DNA from: an uncultured Bacilli bacterium | GTDB taxonomy: Bacteria; Bacillota_I; Bacilli_A; RF39; UBA660 | Reading direction: 5' to 3' | Assembly (NCBI GenBank): GCA_944358825.1 | Contig: CALVSA010000001.1 | Span: 13,354 to 77,353, forward strand | Length of the DNA: 64,000 bases | Part shown: piece by piece, positions 48,264-58,296 of the stretch | Position numbering within the stretch: position 1 is the first letter of the stretch | Layout: the number at the start of each line of letters is the position of its first letter | The notes under the pieces: generated by a model | Seen by the model: only the letters and a program-made list of their open reading frames with translations | Database searches by the model: none | Told to the model about the DNA's origin: nothing | Translations under genes and position numbers: made by a program

Positions 48264-49625
48264 TTAAAATTTAATTTTATCATTTATATAGTTAATAATC
48301 TCATCTATATTTAGAGTTATTTGCTTCATTGTATCACGATCTCTTATAGTTACTGTATTATTATTTATAGTCTCATCATCGATTGTAATACAATATGGAG
48401 TTCCAATTATATCTTGACGACGATATCTTTTACCAATACTACCTGTCTCATCATACATAGTTGTAAAATGTTTATTTAATGTTTCTACTAATTGTTTAGC
48501 TTTATTAGCGTGTACTTTTTTAACAAGTGGTAAAACCGCTACTTTATATGGTGCTAGATATGGAATGAATTTCATAACTTCACGTATTTCACCATTTTCA
48601 AGTACTTCTTCATGATAACTATTATCTAAAACTGCTAGTACTGCTCTATCACAACCAACTGTAGATTCTATTATATATGGAATGAATTTTTCATTTGTTT
48701 CAGGATCTAAATATTCTTGAGATACTCCAGAGTATTCTTGGTGGCGAGATAAATCATAATTAGTACGATTATGAGTTCCATTTATTTCTCCCCAACCGAA
48801 TGCAAATTTATATTCGATATCACATGCTTCTTTAGCATAAAATACTAACTTCTCATGATCGTGAAATCTTAATTTTTCTTCTGGTATTCCTAAATCCATA
48901 AAATATTTTTTAGCATATTCTTTAAAATATTTATAAAGTTCACTATCGGTTCCTTCTTTACAAAAAGTTTGATATTCCATTTGTTCAAATTCAATAGTTC
49001 TGAAAGTAAAATTACCAGGAGTTATTTCATTTCTAAAAGCTTTTCCTATTTGTCCAATACTAAATGGAAGTTTGGTTCTCATTGTTCTTTGTACATTTAA
49101 GAAATTTACGTATTCTCCTTGAGCGTTTTCTGGTCTTAAATATACTTTATTTTTTCCATCTTCAACTACACCACGTTTTGTTTCAAACATTAAGTTAAAT
49201 TCTCTTATATCAGTAAAATCACTTTTTCCACATTTTGGACATGGTACTTTATTATCTTTAATGTATTTTACCATTTCTTCTTCACTCATACCATCCGCAT
49301 GAGCGTTTTCATCGTATTCATCGATTAGTTTATCTGCTCTATGACGTGTTTTACAGCTTTTACAATCAATTAATGGATCAGAGAAACCTCCAACATGTCC
49401 TGATGCTTCCCAAACTCTTGGATGCATTAGAATAGCAGAATCTAGTTCATATGCATTTAATCTTTCTTGAATGAATCTTTTTCTCCATGAATCTTTTATA
49501 TTATTTTTAAGTCTACTTCCTAGTGGCCCATAATCCCATGTATTAGCAAGTCCTCCATATATTTCACTTCCTTGGAATATAAAACCATGTTGTTTACAAT
49601 AATTAACTAATTTTTCCATTGTCAT
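48264..49625 (-). CDS. glyQS: Glycine--tRNA ligase, single-chain class II (GlyQS).
   Basis: N-terminus MEKLVNYCKQHGFIFQGSEIYGGLANTWDYGPLG is diagnostic. Size is 453 aa. Confidence 0.9.
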   Translation of the reverse strand: MTMEKLVNYCKQHGFIFQGSEIYGGLANTWDYGPLGSRLKNNIKDSWRKRFIQERLNAYELDSAILMHPRVWEASGHVGGFSDPLIDCKSCKTRHRADKLIDEYDENAHADGMSEEEMVKYIKDNKVPCPKCGKSDFTDIREFNLMFETKRGVVEDGKNKVYLRPENAQGEYVNFLNVQRTMRTKLPFSIGQIGKAFRNEITPGNFTFRTIEFEQMEYQTFCKEGTDSELYKYFKEYAKKYFMDLGIPEEKLRFHDHEKLVFYAKEACDIEYKFAFGWGEINGTHNRTNYDLSRHQEYSGVSQEYLDPETNEKFIPYIIESTVGCDRAVLAVLDNSYHEEVLENGEIREVMKFIPYLAPYKVAVLPLVKKVHANKAKQLVETLNKHFTTMYDETGSIGKRYRRQDIIGTPYCITIDDETINNNTVTIRDRDTMKQITLNIDEIINYINDKIKF

Positions 49626-49678
49626 TTAAATCACTTCTTTCTTGTCTTTAACATTATATCACACTTTTAATAATATTG

Positions 49679-50152
49679 CTAACTTACTTTAGATATTTCT
49701 ACATTTTTATCTTCTTTGTATAAATTTAACATTTCGATAACTACTTGTTGTACTTCTTCATTTGTTTGAACTTTGTTTAACCTTTGGTCATATTCTTTGA
49801 TACTATTACATAGTTCTTTATCGTTTATATAATACTTATTAACTACTACTTCTTTTCCATAAGCATCTTTTATTTTTTCTATATTTTCTTTACTTTGGGT
49901 AATACCAATTATTGTTTTATATAATCCTTCATCTTCATAATATACATAATTTCCCATTGTATTTGCTCTCATATTATCATAACTAGAATATGCACCTGAT
50001 TGAATTAAATAAACTAAATTATCAGCCTGTGCAAGTGATGCTTCATCTTCATAAATATTATAAACTAAATGACCACATATACCCCCAGATAATACTGATA
50101 TAAATATTGGTAGCACTACTTTTTTTACTTTACTTTTTATTTTTTCTTTCAT
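49679..50152 (-). CDS. Membrane-anchored protein with a putative SPOR (septal peptidoglycan-binding) domain.
   Basis: N-terminal TM. The VYLIQSGAYSSYDNMRAN...GLYKTIIGITQSKENIEKIKDAY pattern resembles the SPOR repeat (yxvQvGAfs..nA...yrv.vG.f.s...A). Confidence 0.4.
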   Translation of the reverse strand: MKEKIKSKVKKVVLPIFISVLSGGICGHLVYNIYEDEASLAQADNLVYLIQSGAYSSYDNMRANTMGNYVYYEDEGLYKTIIGITQSKENIEKIKDAYGKEVVVNKYYINDKELCNSIKEYDQRLNKVQTNEEVQQVVIEMLNLYKEDKNVEISKVS

Positions 50153-50282
50153 TTTATCACCATATCTAGTATATAAAAGAAGTTTATATTATTTTGTCGA
50201 AATATGGCTTTTTTTTACTTTGATGTTGATTAGTTTAAATTTATATTGTATAATATATTTAGAATAGAATGAGGTTGATATT

Positions 50283-51893
50283 ATGTATAAGGATTTTGAC
50301 TTTTCTAATATGCCGGTTGTGGATGCGGTTAATGAGATAATTATCAATTCGGTTGAACGTGGTGCATCAGATATTCACTTTGATCCTACTGATGACTTTT
50401 TAAAAGTTAGAATTAGAGTTGATGGGGTATTAGATACTTTTACAGTCATTCCTAATAACTTAAAACAAAATATCATCACTCGTATTAAACTTTTATCTGG
50501 TATGAATATAACAGAAACTAGATTACCTCAAGATGGAGCGATTAAAACTGTTTTAAAAGGACATAATCTTGATCTTCGTGTTTCTTCTCTACCTACTAAA
50601 AAAGGAGAAAAAATAGTTATTCGTATTTTGGATTATTCGATGAGCTTAAAAGGTATTGAATATTTGTATTTTAGTGAATCTAATTATAAAAAAGTATTAA
50701 AAATGATTAGTTCTCCTAATGGAATCATTTTAGTAACGGGCGCTACTGGTAGTGGTAAGTCAACAACAGTTTATTCTTTTTTACAAAGACTAAATGTTGA
50801 AGGAGTTAATCTAGTTACAGTTGAAGATCCGGTTGAAATGGATATTAAAGGTATAAATCAAGTTCAAGTTAATAGTGATATTGGATTAGATTTTGCAACT
50901 GTTTTACGTAGTATTTTAAGACAAGATCCAAATATTATTATGATTGGTGAGATTCGTGATAGTGAAACTGCAAGAATAGCCGTTCGTGCTTCAATTACTG
51001 GGCACTTAGTTTTATCTACAATCCATACCAATAATTCATTAAACACTATTGAGCGTCTTTTAGATATGGATGTTGAAAGATATTTACTTGCTAGTGCTTT
51101 AGAAGGGATTATTTCTCAAACTTTAGCAAGAAAATTATGTGATAAATGTAAAAGAGTAAGACCAACTACTAATTATGAAAAACAATTATTTAAATCTATT
51201 TTAAATTTAGAAGTTAATCAACTTTATGCACCAACTGGTTGTCAATATTGTAATAAGGGTTATCGCGGACGTATCGCTCTACAAGAAGTACTTGTTATTA
51301 ATCAAGATATTCGCGATGCTATTAGTGCTGGTATGCGTAAAGATGAATTAAGAGAATTAGTTTATACTAAAGATGTTATTACCCTACTTCATGATGGTTT
51401 ATACAAAGTATTAGCAGGTTTTACTACTTTAGAAGAAGTATTAAAATTAGTAGATATCGATGATAGTTTTGAAGTAAGTAAAAATACTCATAAAATAATT
51501 AATAATCAAAATACTACTTTAATTAATCCTAATGATTTTATTGACAATAATGTAAATACTAATGATCAGATCAATACGAATACGAATATAAATATAAATA
51601 ACGATGTAAATACTGCTAATAATAATACTAATAATATTCAAGATATTAATGCTGGTATTGCTAAGATTAAAGAGTCTTTAGCAAATAAAACTCAACAACA
51701 AAATAATAGTTCTAATGATACTAAAGTTGAAGAGATAAAAGTTGATAATAAAAATAATAATAATAATTTAACTCCTAATTTAGATAAAAGTAATAATAGT
51801 TCAACTAATTTAACACCAAATATTAATGGTCAAAGTAATTTAGGATCAGGATTTAATATGCAAGATAATTTTGTTAATATGAATATGAAATAA
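50283..51893 (+). CDS. Type II secretion / type IV pilus assembly ATPase (GspE/PilB/ComGA family) with a ~150-aa Asn/Thr/Gln-rich C-terminal tail.
   Basis: Walker A GATGSGKSTT, Asp/His boxes, and a tetracysteine zinc motif CDKCKR...CQYCN. The low-complexity tail reads ...NTNTNININNDVNTANNNTNN.... Confidence 0.8.
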   Translation: MYKDFDFSNMPVVDAVNEIIINSVERGASDIHFDPTDDFLKVRIRVDGVLDTFTVIPNNLKQNIITRIKLLSGMNITETRLPQDGAIKTVLKGHNLDLRVSSLPTKKGEKIVIRILDYSMSLKGIEYLYFSESNYKKVLKMISSPNGIILVTGATGSGKSTTVYSFLQRLNVEGVNLVTVEDPVEMDIKGINQVQVNSDIGLDFATVLRSILRQDPNIIMIGEIRDSETARIAVRASITGHLVLSTIHTNNSLNTIERLLDMDVERYLLASALEGIISQTLARKLCDKCKRVRPTTNYEKQLFKSILNLEVNQLYAPTGCQYCNKGYRGRIALQEVLVINQDIRDAISAGMRKDELRELVYTKDVITLLHDGLYKVLAGFTTLEEVLKLVDIDDSFEVSKNTHKIINNQNTTLINPNDFIDNNVNTNDQINTNTNININNDVNTANNNTNNIQDINAGIAKIKESLANKTQQQNNSSNDTKVEEIKVDNKNNNNNLTPNLDKSNNSSTNLTPNINGQSNLGSGFNMQDNFVNMNMK

Positions 51894-51925
51894 TAGAGCT
51901 AGTTAGCTCTATTATTTATATTTTA
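51893..51925. terminator. Bidirectional rho-independent terminator between the convergent ATPase and ymcA-like genes.
   Basis: Perfect hairpin ATAGAGCTA-GT-TAGCTCTAT flanked by T-rich sequence on both strands. Confidence 0.5.
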
Positions 51926-52242
51926 TCATTTATATAGTTTTCTATTATATTAGAAGAGTTTAAAATCAATTTATTAAATTCTTTCATTTTATCTAAATAT
52001 TCTTGATATATTTTATTTTGGTTTAACTCTTCTACTTTCTTATTAATTATCTCATCTACTTCTTTATATCTTATATCATTATTGGATTCTAAATAAGTGG
52101 CTTCTTTTTGTAATTCTTTTATTTCTTGAATCAATATAGAAATATTTGGATCTTTTTCCAAAATATTTCCTATTTTTTTATATTCTCTATATTCATTAGA
52201 ATTTTCAATACTAGAGAATAGTTCATCAACTTTATCTAACAT
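51916..52242 (-). CDS. ymcA: YmcA/YlbF/YheA-family (Com_YlbF, RicA-like) regulatory protein.
   Basis: 108-aa helical protein. It lies immediately downstream of miaB with an 11-nt overlap, as ymcB-ymcA does in Bacillus. The residue pattern is consistent with Com_YlbF. Confidence 0.5.
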   Translation of the reverse strand: MLDKVDELFSSIENSNEYREYKKIGNILEKDPNISILIQEIKELQKEATYLESNNDIRYKEVDEIINKKVEELNQNKIYQEYLDKMKEFNKLILNSSNIIENYINDKI

Positions 52243-53668
52243 TTGCTAACTCCTTTACTAAACTTCCATCTAATGACCAAGTTTTTACATCAGTTATTTT
52301 TACTTTAACAATTTTACCTAAATATGATAAATCAGCCTTAACATTTACTAATTTCATAGTATTAGTATAGCCCATTAGATATCCTTCTTTATCTGATTTA
52401 TCTTCTAATAATACTTCTACTTCTTCATTTAAATATTTTAAATTATTTGCATAAGCATTTTCGTTGACAACTTCATTTAGACGTGCAAGTCTTGTCTTTT
52501 TTTCTTCTAATGGGGTTAAATCTTCCATGTTATATGCAACTGTAGATTCTCTTTTTGAAAAGATAAAAGTATAGGCTAAATCATATTTTAATTTTTTTAC
52601 TAAATTTAGAGTTTCTAAGAAGTCTTCTTCGGTTTCATTTGGAAAGCCAACAATAATATCTGTAGTAATAGATACATTAGGTATTTTTTCTTTTATTTTA
52701 TTAAATAAATTAATATATTCTTCTTTAGTATAACGACGATTCATTAATTTTAATATTTTATTACTTCCTGATTGTAATGGTAGATGAATATATGGCATGA
52801 TATTATCGTATTTTGCTATTACATCTAACATTTCATCAGTAAAATCCCAAGGATGAGACGTTACAAATCTGATTCTTTTAATATTTGTTTTCGCAACATC
52901 TTCTAATAAGTTTGCCATATTATAATTAATATTTAAATCTTTACCATAAGCATTTACATTTTGTCCAAGTAATGTTACTTCTAAATAACCATTTTCTTTT
53001 AATTTTTTAACTTCGTCTAGTATATCTAAATGATCTCTACTTCTTTGTTTTCCTCTTGTATAAGGGACTATACAATAACTACAAAATTTATCACAGCCAT
53101 ACATTATATTTACCCATGCTTTGTATTTAGAATCTCTTTTTACTGGTATATTTTCATAAACATCGCCTTCAATACTAAATACTTCTACTTCTTGTTTTTT
53201 ATCTTTCATTATATTTTCTAAATAAATTGGTATTTTATGATAATTATGGGTTCCAACAATTATATCGATCCATTTATATTTTTGAGTTAGGTTTTTAACA
53301 TAATTTTCTTCTTGAGCCATGCAACCACAAAAGATAGTAATAATATCTTTTTTTGTTTCTTTTAAATGCTTTATTCTTCCTAACATACCAGTTACTTTAT
53401 TATGGGCATTTTCTCTTATTGCACACGTATTTATTACAATTATATCAGCCTTATCAATAGTATTTACTTCTTTATACTTCATATCTTCTAATATAGCTTT
53501 GATATTTTCTGAATCATGTACATTCATCTGACAACCATAAGTTATAACATGATAATTTTTATTTTTTCCTATATTAGATACATTTGTAGGTATTATATAA
53601 TCATCTTTTATAATTTTATGAGGATTTTTTGTTCTTAATCTTGCTTGTTTCATATTTGGCATATTCAT
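52232..53668 (-). CDS. miaB: tRNA-i6A37 methylthiotransferase MiaB (radical SAM, MTTase plus TRAM).
   Basis: MTTase N-domain YHVITYGCQMNVHDSE, radical-SAM CxxxCxxC GCDKFCSYCIVPYTRG, and a C-terminal TRAM-like domain. Confidence 0.85.
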   Translation of the reverse strand: MNMPNMKQARLRTKNPHKIIKDDYIIPTNVSNIGKNKNYHVITYGCQMNVHDSENIKAILEDMKYKEVNTIDKADIIVINTCAIRENAHNKVTGMLGRIKHLKETKKDIITIFCGCMAQEENYVKNLTQKYKWIDIIVGTHNYHKIPIYLENIMKDKKQEVEVFSIEGDVYENIPVKRDSKYKAWVNIMYGCDKFCSYCIVPYTRGKQRSRDHLDILDEVKKLKENGYLEVTLLGQNVNAYGKDLNINYNMANLLEDVAKTNIKRIRFVTSHPWDFTDEMLDVIAKYDNIMPYIHLPLQSGSNKILKLMNRRYTKEEYINLFNKIKEKIPNVSITTDIIVGFPNETEEDFLETLNLVKKLKYDLAYTFIFSKRESTVAYNMEDLTPLEEKKTRLARLNEVVNENAYANNLKYLNEEVEVLLEDKSDKEGYLMGYTNTMKLVNVKADLSYLGKIVKVKITDVKTWSLDGSLVKELANVR

Positions 53669-53672
53669 ATTT

Positions 53673-55442
53673 TCACCTTCTTAATATTTTAGTTTTAGCG
53701 CGTATTTGCTCATATTCTTTACAAAATAAATTATTCATTTTAATTCTCTCATTCATATATGGAACTGCTTCTTTTAATATACTATTCCATTTATCAATAG
53801 TTTGATTATCATACTTTTTATTAATTATAAAATCATAGATAATATATTCATTAATTGTTGATGGATAACTTCTTAGAGGAGAAGTCACTTTAGCATAAGA
53901 ATTCGATCCAAATGATTCATGTGATAATGGCTTATCACTATAAAAACCTGTACTAGATTTTTCTTCGATTATTTTTAATAATTCATTATCAGGATTATTA
54001 TTTATATTATGATAATGTGTTTGAATCTGACGACGTTTTTCTTCGTTTAATTTTTGATAAACACGATAATTTAGTGGAATACCTTCTTTTTTACAATAAG
54101 CACTTATACTTTTACTTGGTAATTTCATAAATTTTTCAATCATTTTTCTTGAATCTATAATTGATACACTACTACTATTAGTGTTTCCTAATTTTGAGGC
54201 AATAAAAGACAATTTTTTTAACATCTGTGATAATTCATCACAACGTTCATTTTTAAGTAGAATATTTGCTTGTTTATAGCTTAAGTTATTAGATATTAGT
54301 GTTTTAGCACTTACTATTTGAAAACTATCTTCTATTACGTCAAAATTAGAATCAACAAGATAAATATAGCTTAATACATTTCTTATATTGTTTTCTAATA
54401 AAGATCCTTTATCATAGGCTATATATTCTGGATAAATAGGAATAGTCATATCTGATAGATATATTGCTTCACTTCTTTTATATGCTTGCATGTCTAAATA
54501 AGACATATGTGGAATAATTGCGGGCACAGATGCTATATCAATTCTAAGTGTATAAGTGCCATCATGATTTTTGGCTAAATAAATTGCATCATCATTACAT
54601 TTATTTCCCTCATCATCGATTGTAATTGAGGGAAATTTGATGAAATTTTGGCTTTTTGCTGTTTGTTTATCGTAATTATTTATCTTATTCATATTTTTAG
54701 GGAAAGTAAAGGACATATCATATCTTAATTCTAATTCTTTAGTTGTAGTAATATAGTTTTTGTTAAATTTATTTTTAATTATTGTTATAGTTTTGTTATG
54801 TTTTTTGGCTTTATCTAATATTTGTAAGTATTCTTCTTTATTAGCTAATATATGATATCTATTATTACTAGATAAAATTAATGATATTAGTTTAAAATAA
54901 TAGTTTGCTGTTTCTTCTTTTTCATCTAGTTTTATATATTCTGATAATATGTCGGCAAATATTTTTTTTCTTGATGATGGTTTAAATAAATCTCTTTGAC
55001 GATTGAGAATTACTTCTAGTTTTACTAAATCATGATCTTCATATATAAGTGTTTCTAAAATAATTGTTGTTGTATTATTATTTTTTTTATATTTTTTTTC
55101 TTTAGTTAAAATCATTAACTGTCTTAATTGAATTAATATATTTTTTATTTCTTGACTGTTTTTCTTATTTAAATGATTATCTACTCTAGTAAGTACATCT
55201 TCTATTTTTTTAGAGATTATATTTAGTTTTTCTTTTTCTTCTGTATTATTAATTACAGTTGCTATTTTATTAAGATAATTATTTATTTTTTCACTATTTT
55301 TATTAGGATCTCGCATTAAGACAAATAACGCATTAAAAAGCGCTTGAATTGTATTTTTGAATTCTTTTCTTAAAAATAACTCTAATTTTTTATCATCTAG
55401 TTTATTTGATAATATTGCCATTTTAATTTCTTTACTATCCAT
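53673..55442 (-). CDS. Divergent RNB-domain (RNase II/R family) exoribonuclease-like protein lacking recognisable CSD/S1 domains.
   Basis: RNB motif I ITIDDEGNKCNDDAIYL; motif II-like RIDIASVPAIIP...YLDMQAYKRSEAIYLSDMTIPIYP; motif IV-like YAKVTSPLRSYPSTINEYI. The N-terminal ~270 aa are helical with no recognised domain. Confidence 0.5.
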   Translation of the reverse strand: MDSKEIKMAILSNKLDDKKLELFLRKEFKNTIQALFNALFVLMRDPNKNSEKINNYLNKIATVINNTEEKEKLNIISKKIEDVLTRVDNHLNKKNSQEIKNILIQLRQLMILTKEKKYKKNNNTTTIILETLIYEDHDLVKLEVILNRQRDLFKPSSRKKIFADILSEYIKLDEKEETANYYFKLISLILSSNNRYHILANKEEYLQILDKAKKHNKTITIIKNKFNKNYITTTKELELRYDMSFTFPKNMNKINNYDKQTAKSQNFIKFPSITIDDEGNKCNDDAIYLAKNHDGTYTLRIDIASVPAIIPHMSYLDMQAYKRSEAIYLSDMTIPIYPEYIAYDKGSLLENNIRNVLSYIYLVDSNFDVIEDSFQIVSAKTLISNNLSYKQANILLKNERCDELSQMLKKLSFIASKLGNTNSSSVSIIDSRKMIEKFMKLPSKSISAYCKKEGIPLNYRVYQKLNEEKRRQIQTHYHNINNNPDNELLKIIEEKSSTGFYSDKPLSHESFGSNSYAKVTSPLRSYPSTINEYIIYDFIINKKYDNQTIDKWNSILKEAVPYMNERIKMNNLFCKEYEQIRAKTKILRR

Positions 55443-55453
55443 AACATATACTC

Positions 55454-57250
55454 CTATTTATCTTTTATCTCATCTACTGATAATACACTTAAGAAAGCTT
55501 CAGATGGTATTTGAACATGACCAATTTGTTTCATTTTCTTCTTACCCTCTTTTTGCTTGTCTAATAATTTTCTTTTTCTAGTAATATCTCCTCCATAACA
55601 TTTTGCTAATACATTTTTTCTCATCGCTTTAATATCACTTCTTGCTATTACTTTGCTACCAATTACTGCTTGAATGGGAATTTCAAACATTTGTCTTGGA
55701 ATAATATTTTTTAAATTATCGACTATTATGCGACCACGACTATAGGCAAAATCTTTGTGAACTATTACTGATAGAGCATCTACTATTTCACCATTTAGCA
55801 TAATATCCATCTTAACTAAATTACTTTGTTTATAACCAATTAGTTCATAATCAAATGAGGCATAACCACGAGTCATTGATTTTAATTTATCAAAAAAGTC
55901 ATATACTATTTCTGATAATGGTATTTCATAATGAATATTGACTCTTTTTTGATCGATATATTCCATATTTATATAATTTCCACGTTTATTTTGACATAGT
56001 TCCATAATACTGCCAATATATTCACTTGGAACAAAAATATTAGTTTTAATATAAGGTTCTTCTATTTTTAATATTTTAACTTTTTCTGGAAATTCATTTG
56101 GATTATCAACTTCAATTATTTCATTATTAGTAAGGGTTATTTTATAAATTACTGATGGTGCGGTGGCAATTATTTCGATATTAAATTCTCGTTTGATACG
56201 CTCTGAGATGATGTCCATATGTAATAGGCCTAAAAATCCTGTTCTAAAGCCAAAGCCTAAAGTAGATGAACTCTCGGGTTCAAAGCTTAAAGATGCATCA
56301 TTTAATCGTAGTTTTTCTAGGGCTTCTTTTAAACTGTTATATTTTGATGAGTCAATTGGATACAATCCACAAAAGACCATTGGTTTCATTTTTTTATAAC
56401 CTTCAAGAGGATAAGTAGCAGGATCATCTTCTAAAGTTATAGTATCTCCTACTAATACGTCATCAATACTTTTTATACTAGCAGATATATATCCTACTTC
56501 TCCTGCTTGTAGTTGTTCTACTTTTACTTCGTTAGGAGTGTAATAACCAAGTTCTACTACTTCATGAGTAGCATTAGTAGCCATCATTTTTATTTTACTC
56601 TTATTTGTAACTTTACCATCCATTACTCTTACGAGCGCTATTACTCCACGATATTTATCAAAATAACTATCAAATATTAAACATCTAGTTTTATCTTTTA
56701 TATTGCCAATTGGCGGTGGAATTCTAGTAATTATTGCTTCTATTAGTTTATCTATTCCTTCTCCAGTTTTAGCGGATGTTAAGATGATTTCTTCTTTTTT
56801 AAAACCAAAACTCGTCTCAAGTTCATTAATTCTTGTTGGTATATCTGCATTAGGCAAATCTATTTTATTAATAACAGGAATTATTTCCAAATTAGCATCT
56901 AATGCTAAATAGATACTACTTAGAGTTTGGGCTTCGATTCCTTGAGCAGCATCAACAATTAAAATTGCTCCTTCGCATGAGGCAAGACTTCTTGATACTT
57001 CGTAAGTAAAATCAACATGACCTGGTGTATCTATTAAATTTAGAATATAACCGTTATAATTGATTCTAACAGTATTTAATTTAATTGTAATTCCTCTTTC
57101 TCTTTCTAGATCCATATTATCTAATAGTTGTTCTTTCATTTGTCTTTTATCTACTGTATGAGTATATTCTAATAAACGATCTGCTAGTGTGCTTTTACCA
57201 TGATCTATATGTGCGATTATACTAAAATTTCTAATTTTTTTTATGTCCAT
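55454..57250 (-). CDS. lepA: Elongation factor 4 (LepA).
   Basis: [24 protein letters not shown]-domain start and a LepA-specific C-terminal domain. Size is 598 aa. Confidence 0.95.
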   Translation of the reverse strand: MDIKKIRNFSIIAHIDHGKSTLADRLLEYTHTVDKRQMKEQLLDNMDLERERGITIKLNTVRINYNGYILNLIDTPGHVDFTYEVSRSLASCEGAILIVDAAQGIEAQTLSSIYLALDANLEIIPVINKIDLPNADIPTRINELETSFGFKKEEIILTSAKTGEGIDKLIEAIITRIPPPIGNIKDKTRCLIFDSYFDKYRGVIALVRVMDGKVTNKSKIKMMATNATHEVVELGYYTPNEVKVEQLQAGEVGYISASIKSIDDVLVGDTITLEDDPATYPLEGYKKMKPMVFCGLYPIDSSKYNSLKEALEKLRLNDASLSFEPESSSTLGFGFRTGFLGLLHMDIISERIKREFNIEIIATAPSVIYKITLTNNEIIEVDNPNEFPEKVKILKIEEPYIKTNIFVPSEYIGSIMELCQNKRGNYINMEYIDQKRVNIHYEIPLSEIVYDFFDKLKSMTRGYASFDYELIGYKQSNLVKMDIMLNGEIVDALSVIVHKDFAYSRGRIIVDNLKNIIPRQMFEIPIQAVIGSKVIARSDIKAMRKNVLAKCYGGDITRKRKLLDKQKEGKKKMKQIGHVQIPSEAFLSVLSVDEIKDK

Positions 57251-57320
57251 AAAAACACCACATTTCTTTTTTCTATTATAACAAAATTATTATATAAATT
57301 CCATAAAATTAACACGATTT

Positions 57321-57346
57321 TTAAAAAAAATTAAGAATTATCTTAA
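57321..57346 (-). terminator. Rho-independent terminator at the end of trmB (hairpin overlaps the stop).
   Basis: Hairpin TTAAGA-ATTA-TCTTAA is followed on the minus strand by T8. Confidence 0.4.
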
Positions 57347-57969
57347 TCTTTTTTAACTGCAATTAATTTATTTATTTTTATATTTAAATTTCTAAATTTT
57401 TCTTCATATTCTGTTAATATATTATTCTCATCATTTAAATTATTTGTCTTATAAATAATTTTATAAGAATAATCTGTTAATGAATCTAGTGAAAAATTAA
57501 ATAGATCTATATTATCTGTTTTCATTTCTATTATTTTATCTTTTTTAAAAATCTTATCATATTTTTCTAAAAATACTCTACTTGTTAATCTTCTTTTCTC
57601 ATGTCTTGCTTTTGGCCAAGGATCAGAGAAATTAAGATAAATTTTATCTATTTCGTTATCAAATATTTCTTCTATTTTATCTGCATCCATTCTAATTAAC
57701 ACTAGATTATTTAATTCTAATTCATTAGATTTTTGAATTGCTCTTATAATTACACTATCGAATTTTTCGATTCCAATAAAATTAATATTGGGATATTTAA
57801 TTGCATTTTTAATAATGAAATTACCTTTACCCATTCCTATTTCTATGTAAATGGGATTATTATTTTTAAAATAACTATTCCAATTTCCTTTATATTTTTT
57901 AGGTTCTTCTAAATAATATATACCTTTTTCTATTATATTTTTAGCATTTTTTACGTTTTTCAACCTCAT
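57343..57969 (-). CDS. trmB: tRNA (guanine-N7)-methyltransferase TrmB.
   Basis: SAM-binding EIGMGKGNF and TrmB block LNFSDPWPKARHEKRRL. Size is 208 aa. Confidence 0.8.
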   Translation of the reverse strand: MRLKNVKNAKNIIEKGIYYLEEPKKYKGNWNSYFKNNNPIYIEIGMGKGNFIIKNAIKYPNINFIGIEKFDSVIIRAIQKSNELELNNLVLIRMDADKIEEIFDNEIDKIYLNFSDPWPKARHEKRRLTSRVFLEKYDKIFKKDKIIEMKTDNIDLFNFSLDSLTDYSYKIIYKTNNLNDENNILTEYEEKFRNLNIKINKLIAVKKD

Positions 57970-58047
57970 AATATCACCACTAGTATTTTAACATAATTAA
58001 TTAATTTTGCATATACTAAATTGAATAAATTGTAAGGAAGTGATACT

Positions 58048-58296
58048 ATGTGTAATAATATGATGCCAATGCCTAATATGATGAATCCTTTTGTTAATAT
58101 GATGCCTTTTAATAATATGTATCCTTATAACAATATGAATAATTATGATACTAATAATGAGTTAAATACTAAAATAAGTATTATGGAAAGACAAATAAAA
58201 AGATTAGATGAGAGAGTTAGTAGATTAGAGGCTACTATTAGTAATGTTAATAACAATAATAATAAAGTAGATGATAATTCTATGTATATTATGTAA
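58048..58296 (+). CDS. Small Met/Asn/Pro-rich protein with a C-terminal coiled-coil segment.
   Basis: MCNNMMPMPNMMNPFVNMMPFNNMYPYNNMNNY... followed by the heptad-like IMERQIKRLDERVSRLEATISN. It is the only plus-strand ORF in a long minus-strand run. I did not see an RBS; the sequence immediately upstream is AAGGAAGTGATACTATG, which contains GGAAG. Confidence 0.35.
   Translation: MCNNMMPMPNMMNPFVNMMPFNNMYPYNNMNNYDTNNELNTKISIMERQIKRLDERVSRLEATISNVNNNNNKVDDNSMYIM

Noticed and set aside
49626-50152. Possible T-box leader upstream of glyQS, which would make the 157-aa ORF spurious.
   Set aside because: Only 53 nt separate glyQS from the next ORF. I found no T-box consensus (complement of AGGGTGGNACCGCG) anywhere in 49626-50152. 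The region has coding-like composition and a plausible SPOR-like motif.
51480-51893. Possibility that the Asn-rich tail of the ATPase is a separate small gene or a repeat element.
   Set aside because: It is in frame with the ATPase with no internal stop or start context. The nucleotide sequence is not a tandem repeat, only A/T-rich codons (AAT/ACT). A sequencing frameshift cannot be excluded from the sequence alone.
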